Source: Bacteroidota bacterium
GTDB lineage: Bacteria > Bacteroidota > Bacteroidia > AKYH767-A > 2013-40CM-41-45
Direction: 5' to 3'
Length of the DNA stretch: 64,000 bases
Assembly (NCBI GenBank): GCA_043783155.1
Contig: JAYVZS010000015.1
Location: forward strand, 34,825 to 98,824
A model generated the notes under the pieces. The model searched no databases, was not told where the DNA came from, and was given only the letters and a program-made list of their open reading frames with translations. The stretch's first letter is position 1. The number at the start of each line of letters is the position of its first letter. Shown here piece after piece: positions 8,305 to 18,771 of the stretch. Position numbers and translations under genes: made by a program.

Positions 8305-10851
8305 TTGAACACTAAGATGAACACATCATTTGGCAAGGTGATTAAAAGTATCGCAAAAATCACAGCCATTGTGATTTTGTCTTTTCTTTTTCTCGGAGTC
8401 ATCATCAGCGCTTTTTACGGAACTGAAGTCAGGAAGATGATGCTTGATGAACTCAACAAAAAACTGGCGACAGAAATCAAAGTAAAAGAATTTCACTTTT
8501 CAGTCCTGCGACATTTCCCGTATGCGTCATTCGATATGAAAGAAGTTTTTGCGAAGGAAGTCACCGATAAAAAAGAAACAGACACATTGCTTTACGCGGA
8601 ACAGGTTTCGCTGCTTTTCAATATCATGGGATTGTTCCGCAATGATTTTACCATCCGGAAAATTGTTTTGAAAGACGGGATGGTCAATATTAAAGTTGAC
8701 CAAGAGGGGAAAAATAATTATCATTTCTGGAAAGCATCTTCCGATTCAACCCATTCATCGGGTATCGATCTGCAGAAGATCGTTCTTGATAACATCACGA
8801 TTCGTTACCGGGATGTAAAAAACAAGCAAGACTATCTTGTTCTCGCAAAAAAAGGAGAACTGTCCGGAACGTTTTCGAGCGATGTGTTTACACTGAAGAC
8901 AAAAGCGGATCTCTTCGTTCATCATCTCATTGTTGATCGTATAAACTACATCTCCGGAAAAGAGGCAACCATCAATTCCGATTTAAAAGTCAATAACAAA
9001 ACAGATGAATACCTGTTCGGTGACAGCCGCATCCGCATTGCTGATCTCACATTTGATTTAAAAGGAAATGTGATTTCCATGCCGGAGTCAACACGACTTA
9101 ATCTAACAATAGATGCTCACGAAGCGGAACTGGAATCGTTCATGAGCATGATGCCGGAAACGTATTTAAATTATTTCAAAAACTTCCGCAGCAAAGGAAA
9201 ATTTTATTTCAGCTGTACAATCAAAGGAGAAAACACTGGGAATCAAAAACCGGAAGTGGTTGTAAAATTTTCAATCAAAGACGGCCGCATTACCCCGAAA
9301 GGAAGTGACGTTTCGCTCGAAAAAATTTCTGCTACAGGTTCTTACCGAAATCATTCGGTGCAACAAAAAAGTTTTCTTGAAATTCCATCGCTCACGGCCA
9401 TGCTTGGCGGACGAGTGCTAAAAGCTGATCTTACACTGGAAGATTTCAGCAACCCGTTTCTTACGTTGCATGCCAATGCTGATCTTGATCTCAGCCAGGT
9501 TCGTCATTTTATCAAACAGGATACACTTGAAACACTTGCAGGTGATCTCGCCTTCAATGTTTCTTTTGCCGGACGCATCAAAGACCTTCCGCGTTACAAC
9601 GCCGATGCATTGTACAAAGTACAGACGTCCGGAACCATCATCATGAAAGATGTTTCATTCCGTTTGAAAAAAAATCCACTTGAGTTTAAAAATATCAATG
9701 GAAATTTTTCGCTCAGCGGCAACGATGTAAATGTCGGATTGCTCAAAGGAAATATTTCCTCCAGCGATTTTCAACTAACAGGCGTCTTTAGAAATTTTAT
9801 CACCTTCCTCATCATACCGCACCAGGACGCAGATGTGGATGCAAAACTTTCTTCTGCAGAAATTAATCTCGATGAATTACTGACCAACAAAATGGCAAGC
9901 AATGAGAACGACACGACTTATAAATTAAAATTCAATCCGCGTTTGGTATGTCGCCTGAATGTGGATGCCGGAAACCTTCACTTCCGAAAATTCTCGGCAA
10001 AAAATTTTAAAGGTCAGATCAACCTCTCCGACCAGGTGATTACCGGGAAAGAACTCACCTTCTCCGCGATGACGGGCTCTGTGGTCATGGACGCAGCCAT
10101 TAACGCGTCACGGCGCGACAGCATCATCATGTCGTGCGATGCGAAATGCATCCGGCTTGACATCACTCAACTTTTTTATGAGCTGGAAAATTTTTTCCAG
10201 ACCACCATGACTGATAAAAATGTGAAAGGAAAAATAAGCGCTGATGTCCAATTCAAATCATCGTGGACAACGGCCTTGATGATCAATTCGAAAAGCGCCG
10301 TTTCCACCGCCGACATCACGATTGAAAATGGCGAGTTGAATGACTTCAGACCGATCCTCGCTCTTTCAAAATACCTGAAGCTGGCCGATCTGAAACACAT
10401 TAAATTCTCCACATTAAAAAACCAGGTTCGCATCAGCAACAGAAAAATTTTTATTCCGAATATGGAAATTAAGTCAAGCGCATTGAACATGACAGGTTCC
10501 GGAGTTCACGACTTCGATAACATGGTTGATTATAAAATCCAGCTGCTTCTCAGCGATATCTTAGGAAAAAAAGTAAAAAGTCAGAACAGCGAGTTCGGGC
10601 AAATTGAAGATGACGGTTTGGGAAGAACAAAATTATTCCTGACAATGAAAGGCCCTGTCGATAATCCAAAGATCGGCTATGACAGAAAGGGAGTGATCGA
10701 TAAAATAAAAACAGATCTGAAAACAGACAAGCAAAATCTGAAAAATATCCTGAAGCAGGAATTCGGTTCGCATAAAAGCGATACATCGGCCGTGCAAAAG
10801 AAAAAGAAAGAAGAAATGCAGATCGACTGGAATTCGAATGACGAGAAATAA
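8305..10851 (+). CDS. AsmA family outer-membrane assembly protein (N-terminal TM anchor, long beta-rich periplasmic region)
   Basis: 848 aa. Single N-terminal TM then a long Ser/Thr/Asn-rich repetitive region typical of AsmA/DUF3971-like proteins. Family-level call only. Confidence 0.65.
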   Translation: MNTKMNTSFGKVIKSIAKITAIVILSFLFLGVIISAFYGTEVRKMMLDELNKKLATEIKVKEFHFSVLRHFPYASFDMKEVFAKEVTDKKETDTLLYAEQVSLLFNIMGLFRNDFTIRKIVLKDGMVNIKVDQEGKNNYHFWKASSDSTHSSGIDLQKIVLDNITIRYRDVKNKQDYLVLAKKGELSGTFSSDVFTLKTKADLFVHHLIVDRINYISGKEATINSDLKVNNKTDEYLFGDSRIRIADLTFDLKGNVISMPESTRLNLTIDAHEAELESFMSMMPETYLNYFKNFRSKGKFYFSCTIKGENTGNQKPEVVVKFSIKDGRITPKGSDVSLEKISATGSYRNHSVQQKSFLEIPSLTAMLGGRVLKADLTLEDFSNPFLTLHANADLDLSQVRHFIKQDTLETLAGDLAFNVSFAGRIKDLPRYNADALYKVQTSGTIIMKDVSFRLKKNPLEFKNINGNFSLSGNDVNVGLLKGNISSSDFQLTGVFRNFITFLIIPHQDADVDAKLSSAEINLDELLTNKMASNENDTTYKLKFNPRLVCRLNVDAGNLHFRKFSAKNFKGQINLSDQVITGKELTFSAMTGSVVMDAAINASRRDSIIMSCDAKCIRLDITQLFYELENFFQTTMTDKNVKGKISADVQFKSSWTTALMINSKSAVSTADITIENGELNDFRPILALSKYLKLADLKHIKFSTLKNQVRISNRKIFIPNMEIKSSALNMTGSGVHDFDNMVDYKIQLLLSDILGKKVKSQNSEFGQIEDDGLGRTKLFLTMKGPVDNPKIGYDRKGVIDKIKTDLKTDKQNLKNILKQEFGSHKSDTSAVQKKKKEEMQIDWNSNDEK

Positions 10852-10907
10852 GGGCTGTTCATCGACTCTTTCCCTATTGAAATATTTTTAACAACTTCGC
10901 GTTCCCT

Positions 10908-12077
10908 TTGAACGGAGGATACTGCTTGAATATCTATACCCAAAAACAACGTTGGAAAATTTTACTGCTGCTGGCTGCGCTGCTAATCGGCGCGGCTTCT
11001 CTTTGGTATACTAACAAGCTGGTAAAAAACCTGGCCGAAGAAGAGCGAAAAAAAATTCAGTTGTGGGCTGAAGCCATAAAAACTCTTACTGACACCTCCG
11101 GTATGAACACGGATTTCACGTTCCCTTCCAAAGTGATCAGCAACAACACCACGATTCCCGCCATCCTGACCAACAGCAAACTGGAGATGGTTTCTTATCG
11201 CAACCTCGATTCGCTGAAGGCACTTGATAAAGAATACATCCGAAACGAGATCGTGATTATGCAGTCGCAGCATGAACCGATTGAAATTGCATTGATCGGA
11301 GGAAATAAAAATTACATCCTGTACAAAGATTCCACGTTGCTTGTAAAGCTTCGTTATTATCCATTCTTTCAGTTAGCGGTGATCGCACTTTTTCTTTTGG
11401 TGTCTTATCTTGCTTTCAGCAATTCCCGAAAAGCCGAACAAAACCAGGTGTGGGTGGGAATGGCGAAGGAAACGGCGCATCAGCTTGGCACTCCGCTTTC
11501 ATCGCTGATTGCGTGGCTGGAGTTTTTAAAAATGAAAGGCACCGATACAGCTTACACCAGCGAAATCGAAAAAGATGTGGAGCGTTTGCAAACCATCACC
11601 GAACGTTTTTCTAAAATCGGTTCCGCTCCTGCATTGCAAAAAGAAAATGTTCACCAGGTGTTACAGCATTCGATTGATTATATCAAATCGAGAACGTCGG
11701 AGCGCGTTTCATTTTCAATCAGCAGTTCAGGAAAAGATATTGTGCTTGCGCCGATGAATATTCCGTTGTTCGAATGGGTGATTGAAAACCTGCTGAAGAA
11801 TTCCATTGATGCCATGGGCGGCGAAGGAAAAATAAATGTAGCCATTACTGATCAGCACCAGTTTGTATACATTGATATCTCTGATACAGGAAAAGGAATT
11901 CCGAAGAGTTCATACAAAACCATTTTCAAACCCGGTTACACAACCAAGAAACGTGGGTGGGGATTAGGACTCTCATTAAGTAAACGCATCATCGAAGATT
12001 ATCATGATGGGCAGATCTTCGTAAAAAATTCTGATGTGAATAAGGGGACTACCTTTAGGATTGTTTTGAAGAAATAA
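10908..12077 (+). CDS. Sensor histidine kinase (two TM segments, HisKA H-box ETAHQLGTPLSSL, HATPase_c N/G boxes)
   Basis: H-box and ATP-binding motifs (DTGKGIP, GWGLGLSL). The start codon is uncertain (TTG in the track). Confidence 0.8.
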   Translation: MNGGYCLNIYTQKQRWKILLLLAALLIGAASLWYTNKLVKNLAEEERKKIQLWAEAIKTLTDTSGMNTDFTFPSKVISNNTTIPAILTNSKLEMVSYRNLDSLKALDKEYIRNEIVIMQSQHEPIEIALIGGNKNYILYKDSTLLVKLRYYPFFQLAVIALFLLVSYLAFSNSRKAEQNQVWVGMAKETAHQLGTPLSSLIAWLEFLKMKGTDTAYTSEIEKDVERLQTITERFSKIGSAPALQKENVHQVLQHSIDYIKSRTSERVSFSISSSGKDIVLAPMNIPLFEWVIENLLKNSIDAMGGEGKINVAITDQHQFVYIDISDTGKGIPKSSYKTIFKPGYTTKKRGWGLGLSLSKRIIEDYHDGQIFVKNSDVNKGTTFRIVLKK

Positions 12078-12205
12078 TTTGCATTCCCTGTAGCGAATTA
12101 CGAATTAAACACGAATTTACGAATACCCGAATCACCATTCTCCATTTCGCAAATTCAAACTTTGTTTCAGCTATTTTTACATTGGTATAAAATTTATTTC
12201 CACTG

Positions 12206-13348
12206 ATGCCCGGTATTTATATTCACATTCCTTTCTGTAAACAAGCTTGTCATTATTGTGATTTTCATTTTTCAGTTTCGTTGAATAAGAAAGATGACTT
12301 TATTAAAACATTATTGAAAGAAGTTGAATTGCAGAGAGATTATTTTTCAACTCCCTCTCCTTTGGAGAGGGCCGGGGTGAGGTCCATCTATTTCGGCGGC
12401 GGCACCCCTTCCCTCCTTTCTTCCGATGAAATAAAAAAAATCCTCGATGAGATTTCTAAGTTTCACGAAATAGATAATGATGCAGAGATTACGCTGGAAG
12501 CAAATCCCGATGATCTTTCCGATGAAAAACTAAAATCACTGAAAACTTCCGGTATTAACCGGCTGAGTATCGGTGTTCAAAGTTTTTCGAATAAAGATTT
12601 GAAATTCATGAACCGCGCCCATAGTTCTAAGCAATCGCTTGAATCCATTATTTCCGCGCAGGATGCAGGGTTCAACAACATTACAATCGATCTCATGTAC
12701 GGAATGCAAACGCTCACCAATGAACAATGGATTGAAAATCTTGAAATCGCTTTTGGTCTCGATGTTCAGCATCTTTCCTGTTATTCGTTGACTGTTGAAC
12801 CGCGAACCGCTTTGGCAGACTTCATCAAAAAAGGAAAGGTTCCTCCGGCTGATGAAATAAAATCAGCCGAACAATTTGAAATACTGATGCAACTCGCGGC
12901 TGAAAACGGTTTCGAGCAATATGAAATTTCAAATTTCGCGAAAGACAAAAAGTACTCGTTGCACAACAGCAATTATTGGCGCAATGAACACTATCTTGGA
13001 TTAGGGCCATCAGCGCATTCTTACAACGGTGTGTCCCGTCAATGGAACATTGCCAACAATGCATTGTACATCGATTCGATCAACAAGAATAAAATTCCGT
13101 TTGAGATTGAAGAGTTGACGAACGCTCAACGCTACAATGAATACATTCTTACTTCCCTAAGAACAATGTGGGGTTGTAGTTTGGGAGTAATTAGTTCGGA
13201 GTTCGGCGATGGGGCCGCAGAACATTTTAAAAAATCAGTGGTTGAATTTATTGACAACGGCTGGATTGAAAAAACAGAAACTATTTTCATACTCACAAAA
13301 ACAGGGAAATTTTTCGCCGACAAAATTGCCTCGGAATTATTCCTCTAA
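12206..13348 (+). CDS. hemW: Radical SAM heme chaperone HemW / oxygen-independent coproporphyrinogen-III-oxidase-like protein
   Basis: CxxxCxYC radical SAM motif (CKQACHYCDF) and YFGGGTPS motif. The gene carries an in-frame palindromic repeat at 12343-12372. Confidence 0.8.
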   Translation: MPGIYIHIPFCKQACHYCDFHFSVSLNKKDDFIKTLLKEVELQRDYFSTPSPLERAGVRSIYFGGGTPSLLSSDEIKKILDEISKFHEIDNDAEITLEANPDDLSDEKLKSLKTSGINRLSIGVQSFSNKDLKFMNRAHSSKQSLESIISAQDAGFNNITIDLMYGMQTLTNEQWIENLEIAFGLDVQHLSCYSLTVEPRTALADFIKKGKVPPADEIKSAEQFEILMQLAAENGFEQYEISNFAKDKKYSLHNSNYWRNEHYLGLGPSAHSYNGVSRQWNIANNALYIDSINKNKIPFEIEELTNAQRYNEYILTSLRTMWGCSLGVISSEFGDGAAEHFKKSVVEFIDNGWIEKTETIFILTKTGKFFADKIASELFL

Positions 13349-13366
13349 TTTTATTACCTTTCATTT

Positions 13367-13402
13367 CAAGAACCAAGAACCAAGAACCAAGAACTAAGAA
13401 CC
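13367..13402. repeat. Tandem heptamer array (AAGAACC)x4 plus AAGAACT, lying between convergent hemW and rsmI and overlapping the rsmI stop codon.
   Basis: Direct read. Related arrays at 35497-35527 and 36611-36652 (inverted). Confidence 0.6.
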
Positions 13403-14131
13403 TTCAGCTTCCGTCTCCCTCTCCTCATTCCTTCCCTTCTCTTTCGTTTCTTTCTGTTTTTCCTTACCTGCCACAACAATCACAATTTCACCCTTCACAG
13501 TTTTCAGTTTAAAATATTCAGCTATTTCAGCAAGCGTTCCTCTTTTTGTCTCTTCAAACATTTTAGAAATCTCGCGTGAAACACTTGCCTGTCTGTCGCT
13601 GCCGAATGTTTCACAAAATTGTTCAAGTGTTTTTACAAGGCGAAATGGTGATTCATAAAAAATAATGGTTCGCTCTTCTTCTTTCAGTTGCATCAATCGC
13701 GTTGCCCGTCCTTTTTTCTGAGGAAGAAATCCTTCGAAGCAAAATTTTTCCGAAGGAAGTCCTGAATTTACAAGTGCCGGAACAAATGCTGTAGCGCCGG
13801 GCAAACAATCCACTTCAATACCGGCCTGTATACATGCTCTCACAATTAAAAATCCGGGATCGGAAATTCCGGGTGTGCCTGCATCTGTGATCAGCGCAAT
13901 CGAATTTCCTTCTTCTACTTTACTCACAATGGTTTCCAATACACTGTGTTCATTGTGCTGGTGATAGGCCCTCACTTGTTTTTCAATACCAAAATGATTA
14001 AGCAATACACGGCTTGTGCGTGTATCTTCCGCAAGAATAAAATCCACTTCTTTTAAAACACGAAGCGCGCGAAGCGTGATGTCTTCAAGGTTTCCGATGG
14101 GAGTAGGAACAAGAAATAATTTACCGGGCAT
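13394..14131 (-). CDS. rsmI: 16S rRNA (cytidine1402-2'-O)-methyltransferase
   Basis: LFLVPTPIGNLEDITLRAL...AEDTR N-terminus typical of RsmI. A Lys/Glu-rich C-terminal tail is encoded by a polypyrimidine tract. Confidence 0.85.
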   Translation of the reverse strand: MPGKLFLVPTPIGNLEDITLRALRVLKEVDFILAEDTRTSRVLLNHFGIEKQVRAYHQHNEHSVLETIVSKVEEGNSIALITDAGTPGISDPGFLIVRACIQAGIEVDCLPGATAFVPALVNSGLPSEKFCFEGFLPQKKGRATRLMQLKEEERTIIFYESPFRLVKTLEQFCETFGSDRQASVSREISKMFEETKRGTLAEIAEYFKLKTVKGEIVIVVAGKEKQKETKEKGRNEERETEAEGS

Positions 14132-14276
14132 TTTTAATGAATGATTGAAAAGCGAATGTAGAACTTAGAATTGATTTTCTTTGCCATATTTTTTTTATGC
14201 AGAGGCGCAGAAAAAACTGCAGAGAATTGCGAATACACTCATCAAATAAATAACTCAATAAAGATCACCGCAGGAT

Positions 14277-15074
14277 TCAGGAAATAAACCTTCTTTCAAC
14301 GAGGTCAACAAAATGCTGCACATGCTCGTCGTTATTCGCCCAGTTGAAGCGGCTGGCAAGCTCTACTGCAATCAGTTGTTTGGCAACACTGAGATCAGGA
14401 GCACCATTTAATTTTTCAACGGCTTCAGAATAATCTTCCAGGTTACCCTCGAACAATTGATTGATGAATAAAAATTTTTCATTGATGCCAATGGCGGCTT
14501 TCAGATCTTTGATTGGTTTACGATGTAAATTTTCCCCGACTGTTTTAGCTCCCGCTTTCCCGGCAATGTGCTCGTGCAGCGTTTCTTCGTCCCGGAAATT
14601 ATCCGCCAATGTGTGAGCATCTTCAAACAACGTAGCATTCACTCCGCCCGAAAGTTTTTTCGACTTTATTGTTTTTTCTGTTTTTTCTTCTTTCTCTTCA
14701 ACTGGTTTCATAGCAATTGTCTTGATCATCACTTCCTCTGTATTGACATGCTGAACGACTTCCGGCTTCTCTTGTTTTTGAACCGACTCCGATGGTGGAG
14801 GTAATTCTGTTTTTAGTTCGTCCGTTTTACGATCAATGAATCTTTTCTCAGCCAATATCCGTTGCATCACCGCCGTTTTTACCTCATCAAGCGATGACAA
14901 CGCGTTGTTATGATTCAGCATCAGGATGGCTTCGTATAATTGGCGCGTATTCTGAAGCAACAGGTCAAGTTCCACCTGCTGGATGGTTCCGCTGCCTTCA
15001 CGGAACTGCTGATGTTGTTCTGAAAGCGCTTTAATCAACAGATCAATCTGCTGGTGAATACTTTGACGGTTCAT
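14277..15074 (-). CDS. Hypothetical protein (265 aa, Glu/Lys-rich central region)
   Basis: ORF only. No recognisable motif. Confidence 0.45.
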   Translation of the reverse strand: MNRQSIHQQIDLLIKALSEQHQQFREGSGTIQQVELDLLLQNTRQLYEAILMLNHNNALSSLDEVKTAVMQRILAEKRFIDRKTDELKTELPPPSESVQKQEKPEVVQHVNTEEVMIKTIAMKPVEEKEEKTEKTIKSKKLSGGVNATLFEDAHTLADNFRDEETLHEHIAGKAGAKTVGENLHRKPIKDLKAAIGINEKFLFINQLFEGNLEDYSEAVEKLNGAPDLSVAKQLIAVELASRFNWANNDEHVQHFVDLVERRFIS

Positions 15075-15167
15075 GAGAAATGTTTTTACTTCTTTCTAAA
15101 CGGTGAAGGTTTTAATTTATTTTTGTCCTCACCAAAGGTAGAAAGAAAAATAAATCAGTTCACAACC

Positions 15168-15749
15168 ATGTTTCTTGAACATTTAAGATCGTACGATGTA
15201 AAAAAAGGCTGCATTGAAGTAATCTGCGGCTCCATGTTTTCCGGCAAAACCGAAGAACTGATCCGCCGGTTAAAACGTGCCCGCATCGCGCAGCAGAAAG
15301 TAGAAATATTCAAACCAAAAATAGATACCCGTTACGATGAAGTGAACGTGGTTTCGCACGATTCTAATTTTATTCCATCCACTCCCGTTGAATCAGCGTC
15401 TCAGATTTTGCTGATGGCGAATGATGTGGAAGTAGTAGGCGTGGACGAAGCGCAATTTTTTGACGATGAATTGCCCCAGGTCTGCGAAACACTTGCCAAT
15501 CGAGGCATCCGCGTAATCGTTGCCGGGCTCGACATGGATTATCTCGGCAAGCCGTTCGGTCCGCTTCCTCAACTGATGGCAACGGCTGAATATGTTACGA
15601 AGGTTCACGCGATCTGCATCAAGTGCGGGAATCTTGCGAATCACTCTCACCGTACCGTCAGCAACAGTTCACGCATTCTTTTAGGCGAACAGGACAGTTA
15701 TGTTCCACTCTGCCGAAATTGTTTCAACGACGAAAAAAACAAAAGCTGA
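15168..15749 (+). CDS. tdk: Thymidine kinase. The true start is probably the ATG at 15168; the track ORF from 15054 overlaps the upstream gene.
   Basis: [15 protein letters not shown]-loop and a C-terminal CxxC...CxxC zinc ribbon. Confidence 0.85.
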   Translation: MFLEHLRSYDVKKGCIEVICGSMFSGKTEELIRRLKRARIAQQKVEIFKPKIDTRYDEVNVVSHDSNFIPSTPVESASQILLMANDVEVVGVDEAQFFDDELPQVCETLANRGIRVIVAGLDMDYLGKPFGPLPQLMATAEYVTKVHAICIKCGNLANHSHRTVSNSSRILLGEQDSYVPLCRNCFNDEKNKS

Positions 15750-15760
15750 TTTAATCAACG

Positions 15761-18241
15761 ATGGAATATACGATTCAGAAAGCAGGTGAGATTACAAACG
15801 GTAAAATCGTCATCAATGCGCCTGAACATGTGATCATTGAAGACCTGGTGATTGACAACCGGAAAATAGTTCACGCTGAAACATCTCTTTTCTTTGCCAT
15901 CAAAGGTGTTCGGCACAACGGTCACAAGTTTGTGGAAAACTGCGTGGAGCAAGGCGTTTACAATTTTGCTGTCAGTGAATTCAGGGAAAGTTATAAGTCC
16001 ATCGCAGCAAACTTTATTATCGTTGATGATTCGCTTGAAGCACTGCAGCAGCTGAGCGCCTTTCACCGGAAACAATTTTCGTTACCGGTGGCAGGTATTA
16101 CGGGAAGCAATGGAAAAACAATTGTGAAAGAATGGTTGTACCAACTTCTTCGCACCGATAAAAATATTGTGAGAAGTCCGAAGAGTTACAACTCACAGGT
16201 CGGGGTTCCTCTTTCCGTCTGGCAGATCACCGGTGATCATCAGCTTGCTTTGATTGAAGCTGGAATTTCAAAGCCCGGTGAAATGGAAAAACTTCAGAAG
16301 ATTATTCTGCCGACCATCGGCATCTTCACGAACATCGGCACTGCGCATGATGAAAGCTTCGACAACATTCAGCAAAAAGTAATAGAAAAGCTGAAGTTGT
16401 TTTCTTCAGCGGAAACGTTGGTCTATTGCAAAGACTACAACGTGATCAGCGAAGAAATTTCGAAAACGGATTTCTTTTCATCCCGGTTAAATTATTTTAC
16501 CTGGTCGAAAAAGACGAAAGCTGATTTACAGATCGGGCGCATCAGTAAAAGCCAGGATGAATGCGAGATACAGGGTGTTTACAAAAATGATTTCATCAAA
16601 ATAAAAATTCCGTTTACGGACGATGCGTCTATCGAAAATGCTATTCATTGCTGGGCATTTATGTTGTTGCAAAATTACGCGCAGGAAATTATTGAAGATC
16701 GCATGGAGAACCTGAGCCCTGTTGCCATGCGTCTGGAAATGAAAGAAGGAATTAACAACTGCTCCATCATCAATGACAGTTATAACTCCGACATCGGATC
16801 GCTCACCATCGCGCTTGATTTTCTGAACCAGCAAAAACAACATTCAACTAAAACCATTATCCTTTCCGACATATTGCAGAGCGGCAAGAGCGAAGAAACA
16901 CTTTACCGGGAAGTCGCTGAATTGCTTGATGCCAGAGGGGTTGATAAAATGATTGGAGTCGGCGAAGCCATTACACGACAGCAACACCTGTTCACACTTC
17001 CGAAGAAATTTTACAACAACACGGAAGATTTTCTCCGCGACTTTTCTTCCATTGGTTTTCGTGACGAAACCGTTCTGATTAAAGGAGCGCGGCCGTTCGG
17101 GTTTGAAAAAATCAGCAAAGCATTGCAGCAGAAAGCACATGAGACTGTGCTTGAAATTAATCTCAATGCACTTGTTCATAATCTCAATTATTATCGTTCA
17201 CGGTTAAAACCGGCTACGAAAATCATGGCCATGGTAAAGGCGTTTTCGTATGGGAGCGGCAGTTTTGAAATCGCGAACATCCTGCAGTTTCATCATGCCG
17301 ATTATCTCGCCGTCGCTTACACGGACGAAGGGATAGAGCTTCGCAAGGCAGGTATCTCGCTTCCGATCATGGTAATGAATCCGGAAGTACACAGCTTCGA
17401 AGCAATGATTCGTTACAAACTGGAACCCGAGATTTACAATTTTCGTTTGCTGCATCAATTGAGTGAAATTCTTCAGCGCAATGTGGGTGAGGTGAGTTTG
17501 TTCCCCGTCCATTTGAAATTAGATACAGGTATGCACCGGCTCGGATTTGAAGAACATGATCTTGCCGAATTGATGGTTCGTCTCAAGAACAACAGGAACA
17601 TCCGGATTCAATCTGTATTTTCTCATCTCGCAGGCAGCGACGAACCGGAACATGATGGCTTTACAAAATTGCAACTTGAAAAATTTACTCGGATGAGCGA
17701 TCAGATTCTTGCTGCGTTTGATTACCCGGTACTTCGTCACCTGCTGAATTCATCGGGTGTGATCCGTTTCCAGGAAGCACAGTTTGACATGGTACGGCTT
17801 GGAATCGGTTTGTATGGATTTGCATCCACTTCCCACGAACAGGTTCACTTGCAAAATGTAGCGACATTGAAAACGACGATCTCACAAATAAAAAATGTAG
17901 CAGCCAATGAAACCATCGGTTACAACAGAAAGGGGGTATTGAAACGAGACACACAGGTAGCAACCGTTGCAATTGGTTATGCTGACGGGATCAACCGCCG
18001 GCTGAGCAATGGAGTTGGTAAAATGCTGGTGAACGGAAAAATGGTTCCGATCATCGGCAACGTTTGCATGGACATGTGCATGCTCGACATCACAGATGTG
18101 CAGGCAAAAGAGGGTGATGAAGTAATTGTATTCGGCGCTGAACTCCCGGTGAATGAAATGTCAAAAGCACTCGGTACTATATCCTATGAGATTCTGGTAA
18201 ATGTTTCACAGCGGGTGAAGCGCGTTTATTTTCACGAGTAA
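15761..18241 (+). CDS. murF: Bifunctional UDP-N-acetylmuramoyl-tripeptide--D-alanyl-D-alanine ligase / alanine racemase (MurF-Alr fusion)
   Basis: N-terminal Mur ligase (GITGSNGKT) joined to a C-terminal PLP alanine racemase (AMVKAFSYGSG). The fusion is well known in Bacteroidota. Confidence 0.85.
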   Translation: MEYTIQKAGEITNGKIVINAPEHVIIEDLVIDNRKIVHAETSLFFAIKGVRHNGHKFVENCVEQGVYNFAVSEFRESYKSIAANFIIVDDSLEALQQLSAFHRKQFSLPVAGITGSNGKTIVKEWLYQLLRTDKNIVRSPKSYNSQVGVPLSVWQITGDHQLALIEAGISKPGEMEKLQKIILPTIGIFTNIGTAHDESFDNIQQKVIEKLKLFSSAETLVYCKDYNVISEEISKTDFFSSRLNYFTWSKKTKADLQIGRISKSQDECEIQGVYKNDFIKIKIPFTDDASIENAIHCWAFMLLQNYAQEIIEDRMENLSPVAMRLEMKEGINNCSIINDSYNSDIGSLTIALDFLNQQKQHSTKTIILSDILQSGKSEETLYREVAELLDARGVDKMIGVGEAITRQQHLFTLPKKFYNNTEDFLRDFSSIGFRDETVLIKGARPFGFEKISKALQQKAHETVLEINLNALVHNLNYYRSRLKPATKIMAMVKAFSYGSGSFEIANILQFHHADYLAVAYTDEGIELRKAGISLPIMVMNPEVHSFEAMIRYKLEPEIYNFRLLHQLSEILQRNVGEVSLFPVHLKLDTGMHRLGFEEHDLAELMVRLKNNRNIRIQSVFSHLAGSDEPEHDGFTKLQLEKFTRMSDQILAAFDYPVLRHLLNSSGVIRFQEAQFDMVRLGIGLYGFASTSHEQVHLQNVATLKTTISQIKNVAANETIGYNRKGVLKRDTQVATVAIGYADGINRRLSNGVGKMLVNGKMVPIIGNVCMDMCMLDITDVQAKEGDEVIVFGAELPVNEMSKALGTISYEILVNVSQRVKRVYFHE

Positions 18242-18248
18242 CACCCGC

Positions 18249-18315
18249 CACCTCTCCTTTGGAGAGGGGCCGGTGAGGCCAAAAAAAAAGAGTCCCTCAC
18301 CGAAGGACTCTCTTT
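18249..18315. terminator. Bidirectional terminator region: hairpin CCTCTCC-ttt-GGAGAGG then GGCC..GGCC and an A9 run, and hairpin GAGTCCCTCACCGAAGGACTC flanked by A9 on one side and TCTTTCATTT on the other.
   Basis: Hairpins plus T-runs on both strands, between convergent murF-alr and the lysine-rich protein gene. Confidence 0.55.
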
Positions 18316-18333
18316 CATTTAAACAGGAAAAAA

Positions 18334-18690
18334 TTATTTTGTCTTATGCTCACTATGGCCGTGATGTCCATGACCCTGATGATGAGCTTTGTCTTTTTGC
18401 AAATCGGCCTTGTCTTTGTGAATGTCCGTTTTGTCTTTTTTAATTTCGGCTTTGTCTGTCTTTACCTGACCTTTGTTACCTTCTGCCTTGTCTTTCATTA
18501 ACTCCTGTTTGTCTTTCTGCAATTCAGCTTTGTCTTTTTTAATTTCAACATGATCTTTTTTGATTTCACCTTTTCCTTCGTGAACAGCAGGTTTAGCAGC
18601 CGGAGGAGTTTGTGCCTGACCAGCTGTAGTTTGAGCACTTACAGTTGCGGCAAATAAGCCGGCAACAGCAATCATCATTAGTTTTTTCAT
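18334..18690 (-). CDS. Secreted lysine-rich repeat protein with His-rich C-terminus. It has a signal peptide, about 28-aa periodic K-D-K repeats (EIKKDKAE..) and a C-terminal HHQGHGHHGHSEH.
   Basis: Translation. Roughly 84 bp nucleotide periodicity (GCTTTGTCTTTTTTAATTTC recurs). Confidence 0.5.
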   Translation of the reverse strand: MKKLMMIAVAGLFAATVSAQTTAGQAQTPPAAKPAVHEGKGEIKKDHVEIKKDKAELQKDKQELMKDKAEGNKGQVKTDKAEIKKDKTDIHKDKADLQKDKAHHQGHGHHGHSEHKTK

Positions 18691-18771
18691 TGTTTTTTTA
18701 AATTAGGGTTGGATAAATAGTTTTTACGATGCTAAGATACGTGTGGCAACATAAAGGTTTAATGAATTTGG

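Noticed and set aside
15054-15167. 5' extension of the thymidine kinase ORF from 15054
   Set aside because: The extension overlaps the convergent upstream gene's start region by 20 bp and has a non-TK-like sequence. The conserved TK N-terminus begins at the ATG at 15168.
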